Positions 1 to 8,991 of a stretch of DNA of 32,643 nt are shown piece by piece. The notes beneath the pieces are model-generated. The model saw only the letters and a list, made by a program, of their open reading frames with translations, was not told where the DNA came from and did not search any database. The position numbers were made by a program, and so were the translations under genes. Numbering within the stretch: position 1 is the first letter of the stretch; each line of letters opens with the position of its first letter. The DNA is from Desulfurococcaceae archaeon (lineage in GTDB: Archaea > Thermoproteota > Thermoprotei_A > Sulfolobales > Desulfurococcaceae), in the NCBI GenBank assembly GCA_038824035.1, contig JAWBBW010000015.1, positions 1-32,643 of the forward strand, given 5' to 3'.

Positions 1-1
1 A

Positions 2-85
2 ATACCGGTATTCAAGTTGGAGAAACGCGTTGATGGTGAATACTGGGTAATAGGGGATGGTGAACGATATCCAAGAAAACGATGA
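2..85 (+). CDS. moaE: Molybdopterin synthase catalytic subunit, C-terminal end (partial, runs in from the window edge)
   Basis: Manual translation of frame 2 gives IPVFKLEKRVDGEYWVIGDGERYPRKR*, which resembles the MoaE C-terminal P-I/V-W/F-K-x-E...G-E-x-W-V motif. Only 27 residues are visible. Confidence 0.65.
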   Translation: MPVFKLEKRVDGEYWVIGDGERYPRKR

Positions 86-193
86 ACATCATATACCATT
101 GTTAGCTTGAACTTGAAATTGACAATAAAATCGGTGGATCTCGTCAAAAGTATTTGTATCCATAAACAGCTTAATCAGTAAATAGGTGTTCAT

Positions 194-1237
194 ATGGATA
201 ATAAGAAGTATATAACCATCATGGATGGGGCTGGTGGCATAGAAACTCTAATCCTAGTGGAGAAACTGATAAGGAATAAAATACCCAGTGAATTATGGCA
301 TGTGAAAGGAGGCATAGGCCTTGACGCCATGGACGATGGTTCTTATATACCCATAGGTAGCTCTAAGTATTTAGTGTTCACGAGCGATGCATATACCGTC
401 AACCCCATATTTTTTCCCAATAGTAATATAGGGGAACTGGCTGTCTCCGGCGTAGTAAACGACTTGGTCGCGATGGGTGCTAGACCCATCGCATTCATGG
501 ATAACGTGATAGTGGAAGAGGGCTTTCCGCTAGACGAGCTCGACATGATCATGAATTCCATGGTGAAGGTCTTGGTGGAAAACAATATTGCCTTGATCGG
601 AGGGGATTTCAAGGTTATGCCAAGAGGGGCCATCGACAAGATCATCATTACCGGGTTTGGCATAGGCATTTCTAATTATAAACCTATAGTAGACATGATT
701 GAGCCTGGAGACAAAATCATAGTAACCAACACGATAGCTGAACACGGGACCACCATATTAGCCGCCCAGATGGGTATGTTGAATGAAGCTCGTGGCCTTA
801 GGAGTGATGTAAGGCCATTAGCGAAAAGTGTTCTCCCCGTGATTGAGAAATATAGGGAGTATATAACGGCTGTTCGAGATCCTACGCGGGGTGGATTGGC
901 GATTGTCCTAAACGAATGGGCTAGGAAAACCGGTCTCACAATATATGTTGAGAGGTCGAGTATACCCATCAGGCCCGAAGTCGAGGAGTTCTTGGAAATG
1001 CTGGGCATAGATCCATTGACACTTGCCTCGGAGGGCGTTATGGTTATGAGTGTTAAGCCCGAGGCGGCCGATCTCATTGTAGATGAATTGAAGAAACAAG
1101 GCGAGAAACCAAGTATTATCGGGGAAGTGAAGAAGCCTGAAACTCCAAATATAAAGGGCCTAGTGATAGGTATTACTGAAATTGGTGGACAAGTGATAAT
1201 ACATCCTTTCGCCTATAATTTACCGAGAATATGCTGA
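194..1237 (+). CDS. hypE: Hydrogenase maturation carbamoyl dehydratase HypE
   Basis: PurM-like motifs (V-N-D-L-x-A-M-G-A-R-P, GGDFKV, DPTRGG), the diagnostic C-terminal LPRIC and an AGGTG RBS upstream. Confidence 0.95.
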   Translation: MDNKKYITIMDGAGGIETLILVEKLIRNKIPSELWHVKGGIGLDAMDDGSYIPIGSSKYLVFTSDAYTVNPIFFPNSNIGELAVSGVVNDLVAMGARPIAFMDNVIVEEGFPLDELDMIMNSMVKVLVENNIALIGGDFKVMPRGAIDKIIITGFGIGISNYKPIVDMIEPGDKIIVTNTIAEHGTTILAAQMGMLNEARGLRSDVRPLAKSVLPVIEKYREYITAVRDPTRGGLAIVLNEWARKTGLTIYVERSSIPIRPEVEEFLEMLGIDPLTLASEGVMVMSVKPEAADLIVDELKKQGEKPSIIGEVKKPETPNIKGLVIGITEIGGQVIIHPFAYNLPRIC

Positions 1238-1247
1238 GGTACTCACC

Positions 1248-1475
1248 ATGTGCCTCGGTGTGCCTGGCGAAGTCATATATATTGATAAGAACGGTGTTTT
1301 ACCCATGGCAAAAGTCAAGATCGGTGGTATGATTAAAGAAGTGATATTAGCCATAGAGGATGAAATCAAAGTTGGGGATCACGTGATCGTGCATGCTGGA
1401 ATAGCCATTGGCAAAATAGACCCAGAGGAAGGCAGGAAAATACTCGAATTGTATGAAGAGATCTTAACGAGCTGA
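1248..1475 (+). CDS. hypC: Hydrogenase assembly chaperone HypC
   Basis: N-terminal MCLGVPG and GDHVIVHAGIAI motifs; 75 aa. Confidence 0.96.
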   Translation: MCLGVPGEVIYIDKNGVLPMAKVKIGGMIKEVILAIEDEIKVGDHVIVHAGIAIGKIDPEEGRKILELYEEILTS

Positions 1476-1495
1476 ATACGCTGGTCCGAGCAATA

Positions 1496-3805
1496 ATGCT
1501 GGCATTTAGGATCATTATAACAGGGCTAGTCCAGGGTGTTGGGTTCAGGCCATTCATAGATAGATCAGTTAAATCTCTTGGATTAAAGGGATATGTGAGA
1601 AATATAGGAGGTAGCGAGGTTGAGATATGGATTGAGGGAGGAGAGGATTCTCTCTACGAGTTCCTATATTCATTGTATGTTAATAAACCTCCTCCCGCTA
1701 TCATAGAAGACGTGTTCCTATCTATCGAGGAACCTCAAGGATTTAAAGAATTCACGATATTGCGAAGCGATGAAAACGCTGTTTTAAGGTCCAACATACC
1801 GCCAGATTTAGCCATGTGCAGGGAATGTCTCAGTGAAATACTTGATCCACATAACAGGAGATATCGATATCCGTTCAATTCGTGTGCCTGGTGTGGACCA
1901 AGGTATTCAATGTTGTATAAAATACCCTATGATAGGGAAAATACAGCCATGGCAAAATATAGGCTGTGTCAATTCTGTGAAAAGGAATATGGAGATCCTA
2001 GTGATCATCGTAGATATCATGCCCAAGGCATAAGTTGTCCACATGATGGCCCGAGGTTATTACTCGTGGACAAGGATTTCGAGGAAGTAACATGCAAAGA
2101 CCCCATAGCAGAGGCAGCTAAGCTGATTGATGAGGGCTTCATAGTGGGGGTGAAGGGGATAGGAGGCTATCACATAGCTACGTTAGCTACAAATGACGAG
2201 GTGGTATTAAGATTGAGAGAGCGGAAGAGAAGGCCGAACAAGCCTTTCGCGATAATGGGGCTAGACACCAATGTGTTAAAACAGCTAGTCTATATGGACG
2301 AACGCGATGAAGAAATCCTGAATTCTCCGCAGGCCCCCATACTCCTACTACCTAAACGCCCTGATAGCCCTGTTTCCAAGTACGTATCACCAGATCTAAG
2401 CCATGAAGGCGTATTCATAGCATATACTCCGCTTCATTACTTGCTTTTAATGAGTACCAGGGACAAATTCTTGATCATGACGAGCGGCAACATTTCGGGA
2501 GAACCGATGTGCATTGACGAGGAATGTGCTAAGAAGAGATTATCGAAGATCGCAGATTACTTTCTCATACATGACAGGGAAATAGTCAATAGAGTAGATG
2601 ACAGTGTGTTGAGAAGAACAGGGGATGAATACGTATTCCTAAGAAGAAGCCGTGGTTATGCACCGATGTGGATAAGAATAACACGGGAATTGACAGGCAC
2701 TTATCTCGCTTTGGGTAGCGATACTAACAATGCCTGTGCAATAGGGTTTGAAGACAAGGTTGTATTCACTCCTCACATAGGCGACCTAGATAACGTAGCC
2801 ACACAGATAGATGCTATTAAGTACATCGATTTCCTCTTGAATAATTATAAGATGATTTCCGAGGGGAAGCCGGTAATAGTTGTAGATAAGCACCCTGGAT
2901 ATATATCGAGGATGATCGGTCTAAGGTATGCAGATAAACTCGGCTCAAAAGTAATGGAAATACAGCATCACTATGCACACGTACTTGGTGTTGCTATCGA
3001 TAATGGAGTTGATGGAAAGGTTATCGGGCTAGCCATAGATGGGTTGGGATGGGGTGATGACAACACCATCTGGGGTGGAGAGGTCATATTTCTCGAAACA
3101 AGCAAATCTGGATATAAAAGGGTTGCCAGCATTGATCCCCTGCCACTGACAGGTGAACGGGATATAAATAAACCATTACGATTGGTATATGGTTACTTGT
3201 CTCATAGGGGCCTGGAGATAAGTGAGATAAATAGGTTACTCAGGTTAAACCCAGATAACAAGTTGATGAAGGAACTTTCCATGACATGTTCTCTTGTCAA
3301 AAATGGGAAATTTATACCGGCCTCGAGTACTGGTAGATTAATTGACATGATCTCAGCGATAATAAACCCCTATGTCGAGAGGACTTATGAAGGTGAACCA
3401 GCGATAAAATTAGAGGCCATGGCGCATCAAGGTAGAGAAGTGTTCATCGATGATTACAAATTTAGATCTATGAATGGGAAATTAATGCTAGAATATCACG
3501 GCATTATTCAATGGATCATCGAGAACCTCGATAAAAATGATAAATCAACGCTAGCTAGGAGCTTCCTGTACACTCTTGGATTTGCACTAGGGGAGCTCAT
3601 CATGAAAGTGATTAGGGGCTTAAGGATCGATCATGTCGTCATATCTGGCGGTGTTTCTGTTAATGAATTCATATATAGAGGTGTTAGCAAAGCATTAACC
3701 AGTAATGGTATTAAGCCATTATTACCTCGGAAAATTCCACCGGGAGATGGCGGTCTCGCACTCGGACAGATCGTTGCTGCATCATTGTTGGAGACTGATA
3801 AATAA
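1496..3805 (+). CDS. hypF: Carbamoyltransferase HypF
   Basis: Acylphosphatase domain (VQGVGFRPF), two Zn fingers (CxxC...CxxCGPRY, CxxC...HAQ..SC), YrdC-like (VKGIGGYH, TSGN) and Kae1-like (QHHYAH, DGLGWG, GDGGLALGQ) domains. Confidence 0.97.
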   Translation: MLAFRIIITGLVQGVGFRPFIDRSVKSLGLKGYVRNIGGSEVEIWIEGGEDSLYEFLYSLYVNKPPPAIIEDVFLSIEEPQGFKEFTILRSDENAVLRSNIPPDLAMCRECLSEILDPHNRRYRYPFNSCAWCGPRYSMLYKIPYDRENTAMAKYRLCQFCEKEYGDPSDHRRYHAQGISCPHDGPRLLLVDKDFEEVTCKDPIAEAAKLIDEGFIVGVKGIGGYHIATLATNDEVVLRLRERKRRPNKPFAIMGLDTNVLKQLVYMDERDEEILNSPQAPILLLPKRPDSPVSKYVSPDLSHEGVFIAYTPLHYLLLMSTRDKFLIMTSGNISGEPMCIDEECAKKRLSKIADYFLIHDREIVNRVDDSVLRRTGDEYVFLRRSRGYAPMWIRITRELTGTYLALGSDTNNACAIGFEDKVVFTPHIGDLDNVATQIDAIKYIDFLLNNYKMISEGKPVIVVDKHPGYISRMIGLRYADKLGSKVMEIQHHYAHVLGVAIDNGVDGKVIGLAIDGLGWGDDNTIWGGEVIFLETSKSGYKRVASIDPLPLTGERDINKPLRLVYGYLSHRGLEISEINRLLRLNPDNKLMKELSMTCSLVKNGKFIPASSTGRLIDMISAIINPYVERTYEGEPAIKLEAMAHQGREVFIDDYKFRSMNGKLMLEYHGIIQWIIENLDKNDKSTLARSFLYTLGFALGELIMKVIRGLRIDHVVISGGVSVNEFIYRGVSKALTSNGIKPLLPRKIPPGDGGLALGQIVAASLLETDK

Positions 3806-3826
3806 TGATCATTATCTCCGGCCCTT

Positions 3827-3857
3827 AAAGCTTTTTAATTCATCACCTATTGATGAA
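3827..3857 (+). promoter_or_regulatory. Putative BRE/TATA promoter of the hydrogenase operon with an adjoining palindromic operator
   Basis: AAAG-C-TTTTTAAT (3827-3839) is followed directly by the inverted repeat TTCATCA-N5-TGATGAA (3839-3857), upstream of the small-subunit gene. Confidence 0.5.
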
Positions 3858-3866
3858 ATATGACCA

Positions 3867-4322
3867 GTGCTTACAGGTGCTTATGTGTTGTCAAAAAATA
3901 TTGGAGCATGTAAATTGATTAGGTATAGCCCATGGCTAGTGCACTTCAATACTGGTGCATGTAATGGGTGTGATATTGAAGTATTGGCATCACTGACCCC
4001 GCTCTATGATCCAGAGCGTTTTGGAGTGAAATTAGCTCCTAGTATAAGGCATGGAGATATACTCGTAGTAACTGGCGCCGTGACGAAGAAGTCTGCCGAA
4101 AGGCTTAAAAGACTATATGACCAAATGCCATCCCCCAAATTCGTGATCGCCGTGGGCGCGTGCGCCATTGAAGGGGGAGTATTCGCGAGATCTTATAGTG
4201 TATTGGGCGGCGCCGATAAGGTCGTTCCAGTCGATATATATGTACCGGGATGTCCGCCCAGGCCCGAGGCTATACTGGATGGAATCGTAAAGCTTCTTAA
4301 TAAAATAAGTGTTAATGGGTGA
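3867..4322 (+). CDS. mbhJ: Membrane-bound [NiFe] hydrogenase small subunit (MbhJ/NuoB-like)
   Basis: GACNGC, GAC and PGCPPRP [4Fe-4S] ligands. The real start is probably GTG 3885 or TTG 3888, behind the AGGTG RBS. Confidence 0.93.
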   Translation: MLTGAYVLSKNIGACKLIRYSPWLVHFNTGACNGCDIEVLASLTPLYDPERFGVKLAPSIRHGDILVVTGAVTKKSAERLKRLYDQMPSPKFVIAVGACAIEGGVFARSYSVLGGADKVVPVDIYVPGCPPRPEAILDGIVKLLNKISVNG

Positions 4323-4782
4323 TCTAGCCTTGGCTAAGGACGTCGATAAGATTTTATTGATCAAGGAGTTCAGCATTGGATATGAAATGGTTAAACCAAA
4401 TAGAGAAGTATATGTAGTTAAACCCGAGGATATTAAAGGAGTTTTTCAAAAATTAATAAGTGTTTTTGGCTATGAGAGCTTTTATCTGTCAACACTTATA
4501 GGGACGGATATCAGAGATGCTGGGAAAATAAGGATAGATTATTATGTGGTTTTACTACCCGAGGAGAAAACCATAGTCATAAGGACTTTTATTCCACGTG
4601 AAAATCCTGTAATAGATAGCCTGGTCGATATAATACCTGGAGCTCTCTCAGGTGAATGTGAAACACACGATATGCTTGGAGTAGTATTCAATGGCAATCC
4701 ATTCATTAAGAGTGCGTTCTTCAAGCCAAGCGAACTAGCGGAGAAAAATATCTTTCCACTCAGAAAAGACAGCGGTGTCTAG
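4309..4782 (+). CDS. mbhK: Hydrogenase subunit MbhK/NuoC-like
   Basis: E-x-E-x-H-D-M-L-G-V-x-F-x-G-N-P and FPLRKD motifs. The start is probably ATG 4315. Confidence 0.9.
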   Translation: MLMGDLALAKDVDKILLIKEFSIGYEMVKPNREVYVVKPEDIKGVFQKLISVFGYESFYLSTLIGTDIRDAGKIRIDYYVVLLPEEKTIVIRTFIPRENPVIDSLVDIIPGALSGECETHDMLGVVFNGNPFIKSAFFKPSELAEKNIFPLRKDSGV

Positions 4783-4785
4783 AAT

Positions 4786-5979
4786 ATGGGAATCACCAAG
4801 ATCATTCAAATCCCCTATTCCACCGAGATCCCCATAGGGCCCCAACATCCCGCTCTTCACGAGCCAGTTCTATTAAAGATATATGCTGATGGCGAGGAAA
4901 TAGTCAATGTTGAGATAAACACGGGTTATAATCACCGGGGTATCGAGAAACTATGCGAGAAAAACAGCTTTTATAAAGACATCTTCATCGTGGGAAGAGT
5001 TTGCGGGATCTGTAATGCTGTTCATGCTAATTGCTATGTTAGAGCACTGGAAAGCATACTCGATGTCAATCCCAACAATAGGGCCAAATACTTGAGAGTG
5101 TTAGCAATGGAGCTTGAGCGTATACATAGCCACATGCTCATAAACGCTGTCATGGCCGAGAACGTGGGTTTCGAGAATTTATTCATGAATATTATGCTAG
5201 ACCGTGAAAAAGTGATGAAAGCCAAGGAAATATTGACAGGTAACAGAGTTATGGCCGATTACATGATGGTTGGAGGTGTTAGGAGAGATATTGATGGTGT
5301 TAAGAGAGATAACATACGTAATTTATTGTTAAAGCTAAAGTCCAGAGTGGAGTACTATAAAAGAGTTTTCGAAGAAGATGAAACCATAACTAGGAGACTT
5401 GTAAATATAGGTGTCCTCAAACCACGCGATGTAACCTCACATAGTTTAGTGGGGCCTGTTGCACGTGCCTCGGGGGTTTCAATAGATAGCAGGACAAGTG
5501 ACAAATACGATGCATATGGTGAAATACCATTCAACGTTGTCACCAGGAAAGAGGGGGATTCATGGGCTAGGATGATGGTTAGATGGGATGAGGTATTAGA
5601 GTCCATTTCAATATCATTATATGTATTGGATAATTTACCTAATGATGGTAATCCTGTTCCAGATGAAAAGCGCTTACCTAGGAGATTTCCCCCAGGTGAA
5701 GCATATACAAGGGTGGAAGCCCAGAGAGGTGAATTAACCTATTATGTTATGAGTGATGGTAAGTCACCTAATCCATATAGACTGAAAATACGGACACCCA
5801 GTTTCAATAACATAATAAACACAGGGTTCATGTATATAGGCCACAGCGTGGCCGACGTACCTGTTATACTTACATCGCTCGACCCATGTATTTCGTGCAT
5901 GGAGAGAATCACTGTGATAGACCTTACGAATAACAGGGTCGTAAGAATACCGTTCAAGGAGCTTGCAAAGGTGAGATAA
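4786..5979 (+). CDS. mbhL: Group-4 [NiFe] hydrogenase large catalytic subunit (MbhL)
   Basis: GPQHP, HRGIEK, L1 RVCGIC and L2 DPCISCMER are present with all four Ni-Fe cysteines, followed by a C-terminal extension. Confidence 0.96.
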   Translation: MGITKIIQIPYSTEIPIGPQHPALHEPVLLKIYADGEEIVNVEINTGYNHRGIEKLCEKNSFYKDIFIVGRVCGICNAVHANCYVRALESILDVNPNNRAKYLRVLAMELERIHSHMLINAVMAENVGFENLFMNIMLDREKVMKAKEILTGNRVMADYMMVGGVRRDIDGVKRDNIRNLLLKLKSRVEYYKRVFEEDETITRRLVNIGVLKPRDVTSHSLVGPVARASGVSIDSRTSDKYDAYGEIPFNVVTRKEGDSWARMMVRWDEVLESISISLYVLDNLPNDGNPVPDEKRLPRRFPPGEAYTRVEAQRGELTYYVMSDGKSPNPYRLKIRTPSFNNIINTGFMYIGHSVADVPVILTSLDPCISCMERITVIDLTNNRVVRIPFKELAKVR

Positions 5980-5983
5980 TCTC

Positions 5984-6385
5984 ATGAAGAGGCCCAAATT
6001 GCTTAGTTTATCCATTAAGAATTTGTTTCTAAAGCCGGCCACGATTGAGTATCCAAAACAGCCCACACCCATAGAACTCGATGCAAGGGGTAGGCATTTT
6101 GCTGATTTAAACAAATGCACCGGTTGTTCCCTGTGCTCAATAGAGTGTCCAGCTGAGTGTATAACAATGACCCCTATTCCGCAAGGTTTCGAAGTCCCGA
6201 AGATCAACCCTAGGAAAATATACCCGGTAGTGAACTATGGCAAATGTGTTTATTGCTATAGATGCGTTACTGTGTGTCCATTTAACGCATATGTAGTTAC
6301 AAATGAATATAGGCTAGCTAATATCGTTAAAATAGATTCATCCGAACTAAGCCTCAATACTCTGAAGAAGGGTGGAACTGGATGA
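5984..6385 (+). CDS. mbhN: 2x[4Fe-4S] ferredoxin-like subunit (MbhN/NuoI-like)
   Basis: PATIEYP followed by two CxxCxxCxxxCP motifs. Confidence 0.93.
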   Translation: MKRPKLLSLSIKNLFLKPATIEYPKQPTPIELDARGRHFADLNKCTGCSLCSIECPAECITMTPIPQGFEVPKINPRKIYPVVNYGKCVYCYRCVTVCPFNAYVVTNEYRLANIVKIDSSELSLNTLKKGGTG

Positions 6386-6654
6386 ATATATTCGACCTTC
6401 TCCTAGCCGTAATAGGCATTTACATGGTCTCAATATTGATCCTATTAATCAGAGCGTTGAAGGGCCCCTCTATCAGTGATCAAGTGCTAGCAATAGATGT
6501 AATGACATATGCCATCATTGTAATAATATTGTTATTTGCCATCTATCTCAGAGAGCCTATATTAGCCGTTGTGCCGATTCCGTTGGCTTTATGGGTGTAT
6601 TCGTTAGACATATACGTAGCTAAATATCTTGAAAAAAGAGATCTAGGTGCTTAG
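6382..6654 (+). CDS. mbhB: Mrp antiporter subunit MnhF-like (MbhB)
   Basis: R-A-L-K-G-P-S-x-x-D-x-V-L-A-I-D motif, three hydrophobic segments and a C-terminal AKYL. Confidence 0.88.
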   Translation: MNIFDLLLAVIGIYMVSILILLIRALKGPSISDQVLAIDVMTYAIIVIILLFAIYLREPILAVVPIPLALWVYSLDIYVAKYLEKRDLGA

Positions 6655-6656
6655 GA

Positions 6657-7034
6657 ATGCTTGGATCAGTATTGACCTATATAGGAGTGGTCCTCGTAGT
6701 GCTGGGAGGATTTGCGATAATAGTAAGTGCCATAGGCATGCACAAGTTCAAGAACTTTTACCTAAGGCTACACGCAGCAACAGTGGGGACTATCTGGGGC
6801 TGCGTATTTCCAGTTATAGGGGTATCTCTCATAGCCTTTTCAATGGAGGAGCTAGATCCTTATAGATGGTTCATGGGTGGTGCTGGTCTTGTGACAGCTT
6901 TCATAGTCCTCATATTAGCACCTGCCGGTTCACATGCATTAGCCAGAGCCACTCATAGAGCTAAAGTAGAGGTTGTTAAACCCTGTGTTTACAACGCATT
7001 AGATCGAGAGTTATGTGTGGGTGATAACAGATGA
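6657..7034 (+). CDS. mbhC: Mrp antiporter subunit MnhG-like (MbhC)
   Basis: F-x-N-F-Y-L-R-L-H-A-A-T and P-x-x-S-H-A-L-A-R-A motifs. Confidence 0.9.
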   Translation: MLGSVLTYIGVVLVVLGGFAIIVSAIGMHKFKNFYLRLHAATVGTIWGCVFPVIGVSLIAFSMEELDPYRWFMGGAGLVTAFIVLILAPAGSHALARATHRAKVEVVKPCVYNALDRELCVGDNR

Positions 7035-7294
7035 TCCCGCCAGATACATTGACATATCTATTCCTCGCTTTATCAGCCATCGCGTCAACTATAGCAACGT
7101 ATTTTGCTATATTGGAGAAAGATCTATTGAAAGCGGTCATATTCAGCGCTATTCAGAGCACATTTTACACAATAATATATTACTTACTAATGGCCCCTGA
7201 TATTGTACTGGTATATCTACCTGTAGCCATTGGATTAATCCCAGCTGTATTGATTATTTTGATCAGTAAGACCGAGAGGTGGGAGAAACAATGA
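7031..7294 (+). CDS. mbhD: Mrp-like small membrane subunit (MbhD, DUF4040-like)
   Basis: KDLLKAVI and L-M-A-P-D-I-V-L motifs; three TM segments; position in the operon. Confidence 0.85.
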   Translation: MIPPDTLTYLFLALSAIASTIATYFAILEKDLLKAVIFSAIQSTFYTIIYYLLMAPDIVLVYLPVAIGLIPAVLIILISKTERWEKQ

Positions 7295-8082
7295 GGCATG
7301 TCATCAACATTTTATCAATAATAATCCTGTTACTGGGTCTTAGTTTATTAATAACATTCAGTGGTAGATACATAATACCTGGAGCAAATATCAGAGATCT
7401 AGCAGTGTTCTACCTATATACAACGTTTAATCCATGGCTTGAAAAACTAACAGTGAATTCACCTGAAGCCGTAACAGCCATAGTATGGGATTACAGGGGT
7501 CTTGATACATTATTCGAGACAGCTGTTTTCTACTTGGCTCTGATAGCTGGATTAGCCTTGGCACGTGGGTCGATATTTAGAGCTATAATATCTCATGGTG
7601 GTCACGGCTTATCACTAATAGTTAAAACTGTGACCAAGATCACTTCTCCAATGATAATAACGGTGGGTGCTGCAATAGCCCTTCACGGCCACTTAACCCC
7701 GGGAGGTGGCTTTCAAGGAGGTGCCACTACAGCTGTAGTGCCAATGATTTTGATCGTAGTGTTCTCAATAATCTTCTTATTGGAAAGAGGGGTCAGCAAA
7801 GAAAATATGCTTGTTTTGAGAAGCATCGGGTTAATAGGGATAGGCATTACCGCGATAGCATTATACTTGTTCGGGATAGTTGTGGGAAGCAGGGCTTTTG
7901 TTTTCCAAAACATGGCTAAACCATTATCCAATATAGCGTTTCCAGCCCATATCAGGGGAATACTAATTAGTGGTACTCTGTGGTTTTTCAATTTATTTGA
8001 ATTCGTGGCCGTGGCCGCTGGTTTCACATTAGCATTTATGATATTGATCATGGCAGAAGAGAGGGGTGAAACAAATGAATGA
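7279..8082 (+). CDS. MnhB-like subunit, MbhE+MbhF in a single polypeptide
   Basis: Contains both VTAIVWDYRGLDTLFE (MbhE-type) and HGHLTPGGGFQGG (MbhF/MrpB-type). The start is probably ATG 7291, overlapping the upstream TGA. Confidence 0.88.
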   Translation: MGETMRHVINILSIIILLLGLSLLITFSGRYIIPGANIRDLAVFYLYTTFNPWLEKLTVNSPEAVTAIVWDYRGLDTLFETAVFYLALIAGLALARGSIFRAIISHGGHGLSLIVKTVTKITSPMIITVGAAIALHGHLTPGGGFQGGATTAVVPMILIVVFSIIFLLERGVSKENMLVLRSIGLIGIGITAIALYLFGIVVGSRAFVFQNMAKPLSNIAFPAHIRGILISGTLWFFNLFEFVAVAAGFTLAFMILIMAEERGETNE

Positions 8083-8476
8083 GTGGATCAATACTTATTT
8101 ATTAACGATATTTGTAATCTCGATCATGTTCAATATAGCTATCTCAATATACGGGATCTTCCTTAGACCTAACTACATCAAGAAAATAATTGCGTTGACA
8201 ATATTTTCCGATTCTGCCAATGTTTTCGCAATATACATTGGTTATCGTAGATGGGTTGATAATATCAATCCCCGTCCACCTGTTTTAACAACGCCATCCC
8301 CGGAAGCTCTTAGTTATTTCACACAGGTGGCCGTGGATCCATTGCCACAAGCCCTCGTATTAACCGCTATAGTCATAGGTTTAGCTGTCACATTATTCCT
8401 AGTGTTCTTGGGGTATCAATTATATAGAAACTATAAGACCCTTGATATGAGGGAGATCAGGAGACTAAGGGGATAG
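8066..8476 (+). CDS. mbhG: Mrp antiporter subunit MnhC-like (MbhG)
   Basis: N-x-I-K-K-I-I-A-L and DPLPQALVLTAIVIG motifs. The start is probably ATG 8075 (GGGGTGA RBS). Confidence 0.92.
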   Translation: MKQMNEWINTYLLTIFVISIMFNIAISIYGIFLRPNYIKKIIALTIFSDSANVFAIYIGYRRWVDNINPRPPVLTTPSPEALSYFTQVAVDPLPQALVLTAIVIGLAVTLFLVFLGYQLYRNYKTLDMREIRRLRG

Positions 8477-8478
8477 CT

Positions 8479-8982
8479 GTGAGGTTGGCTAAAGCTGCAG
8501 TTATATCTGTTTTATCTTTTATAACTTACATAGTGTTCTCAGGCAGTATATCGCCGTATGATATCATAAGTGGGCTTGTAGTCTCCGTTATAACGGGGTC
8601 ATTGTTCGCCAACATCAGTGTCAAAAACCCGGTCAAAGTAGTTGACGTAAAGAGGTGGCTTTGGTTAATTATATACGTACTCAGGTATTTCATAATCGAT
8701 GAGACAAAAGCCCATGTAGATGTAATAAGGAGAATTCTTCACCCTAAGACACCTGTAAAACCCGCAATCGTCGAAGTACCATACCATGTGGAGTCGGACT
8801 ACGCCATAACAACTGTAGCGAACTCCATAACAAATACTCCGGGCACAGTGGTGGTGGATATAGATGAAAATAAGAAAGTTTTTTATATCCACTGGATTTA
8901 TGCTAAGGAACTTGAACCCGAGAAAGCCCGCGAGGAAATTTCATCTGTTTTCGAGAAACACGCTAAAAGAATATTCGATTAG
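8479..8982 (+). CDS. mbhA: Mrp antiporter subunit MnhE-like (MbhA)
   Basis: ANSITNTPGT and YIHW motifs typical of MnhE. Confidence 0.92.
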   Translation: MRLAKAAVISVLSFITYIVFSGSISPYDIISGLVVSVITGSLFANISVKNPVKVVDVKRWLWLIIYVLRYFIIDETKAHVDVIRRILHPKTPVKPAIVEVPYHVESDYAITTVANSITNTPGTVVVDIDENKKVFYIHWIYAKELEPEKAREEISSVFEKHAKRIFD

Positions 8983-8991
8983 GTGATATAA

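Noticed and set aside
4786-5979. Interpreting the complex as MBS/MBX or complex I
   Set aside because: Both CxxC Ni-binding motifs are intact and hyp maturation genes are adjacent.
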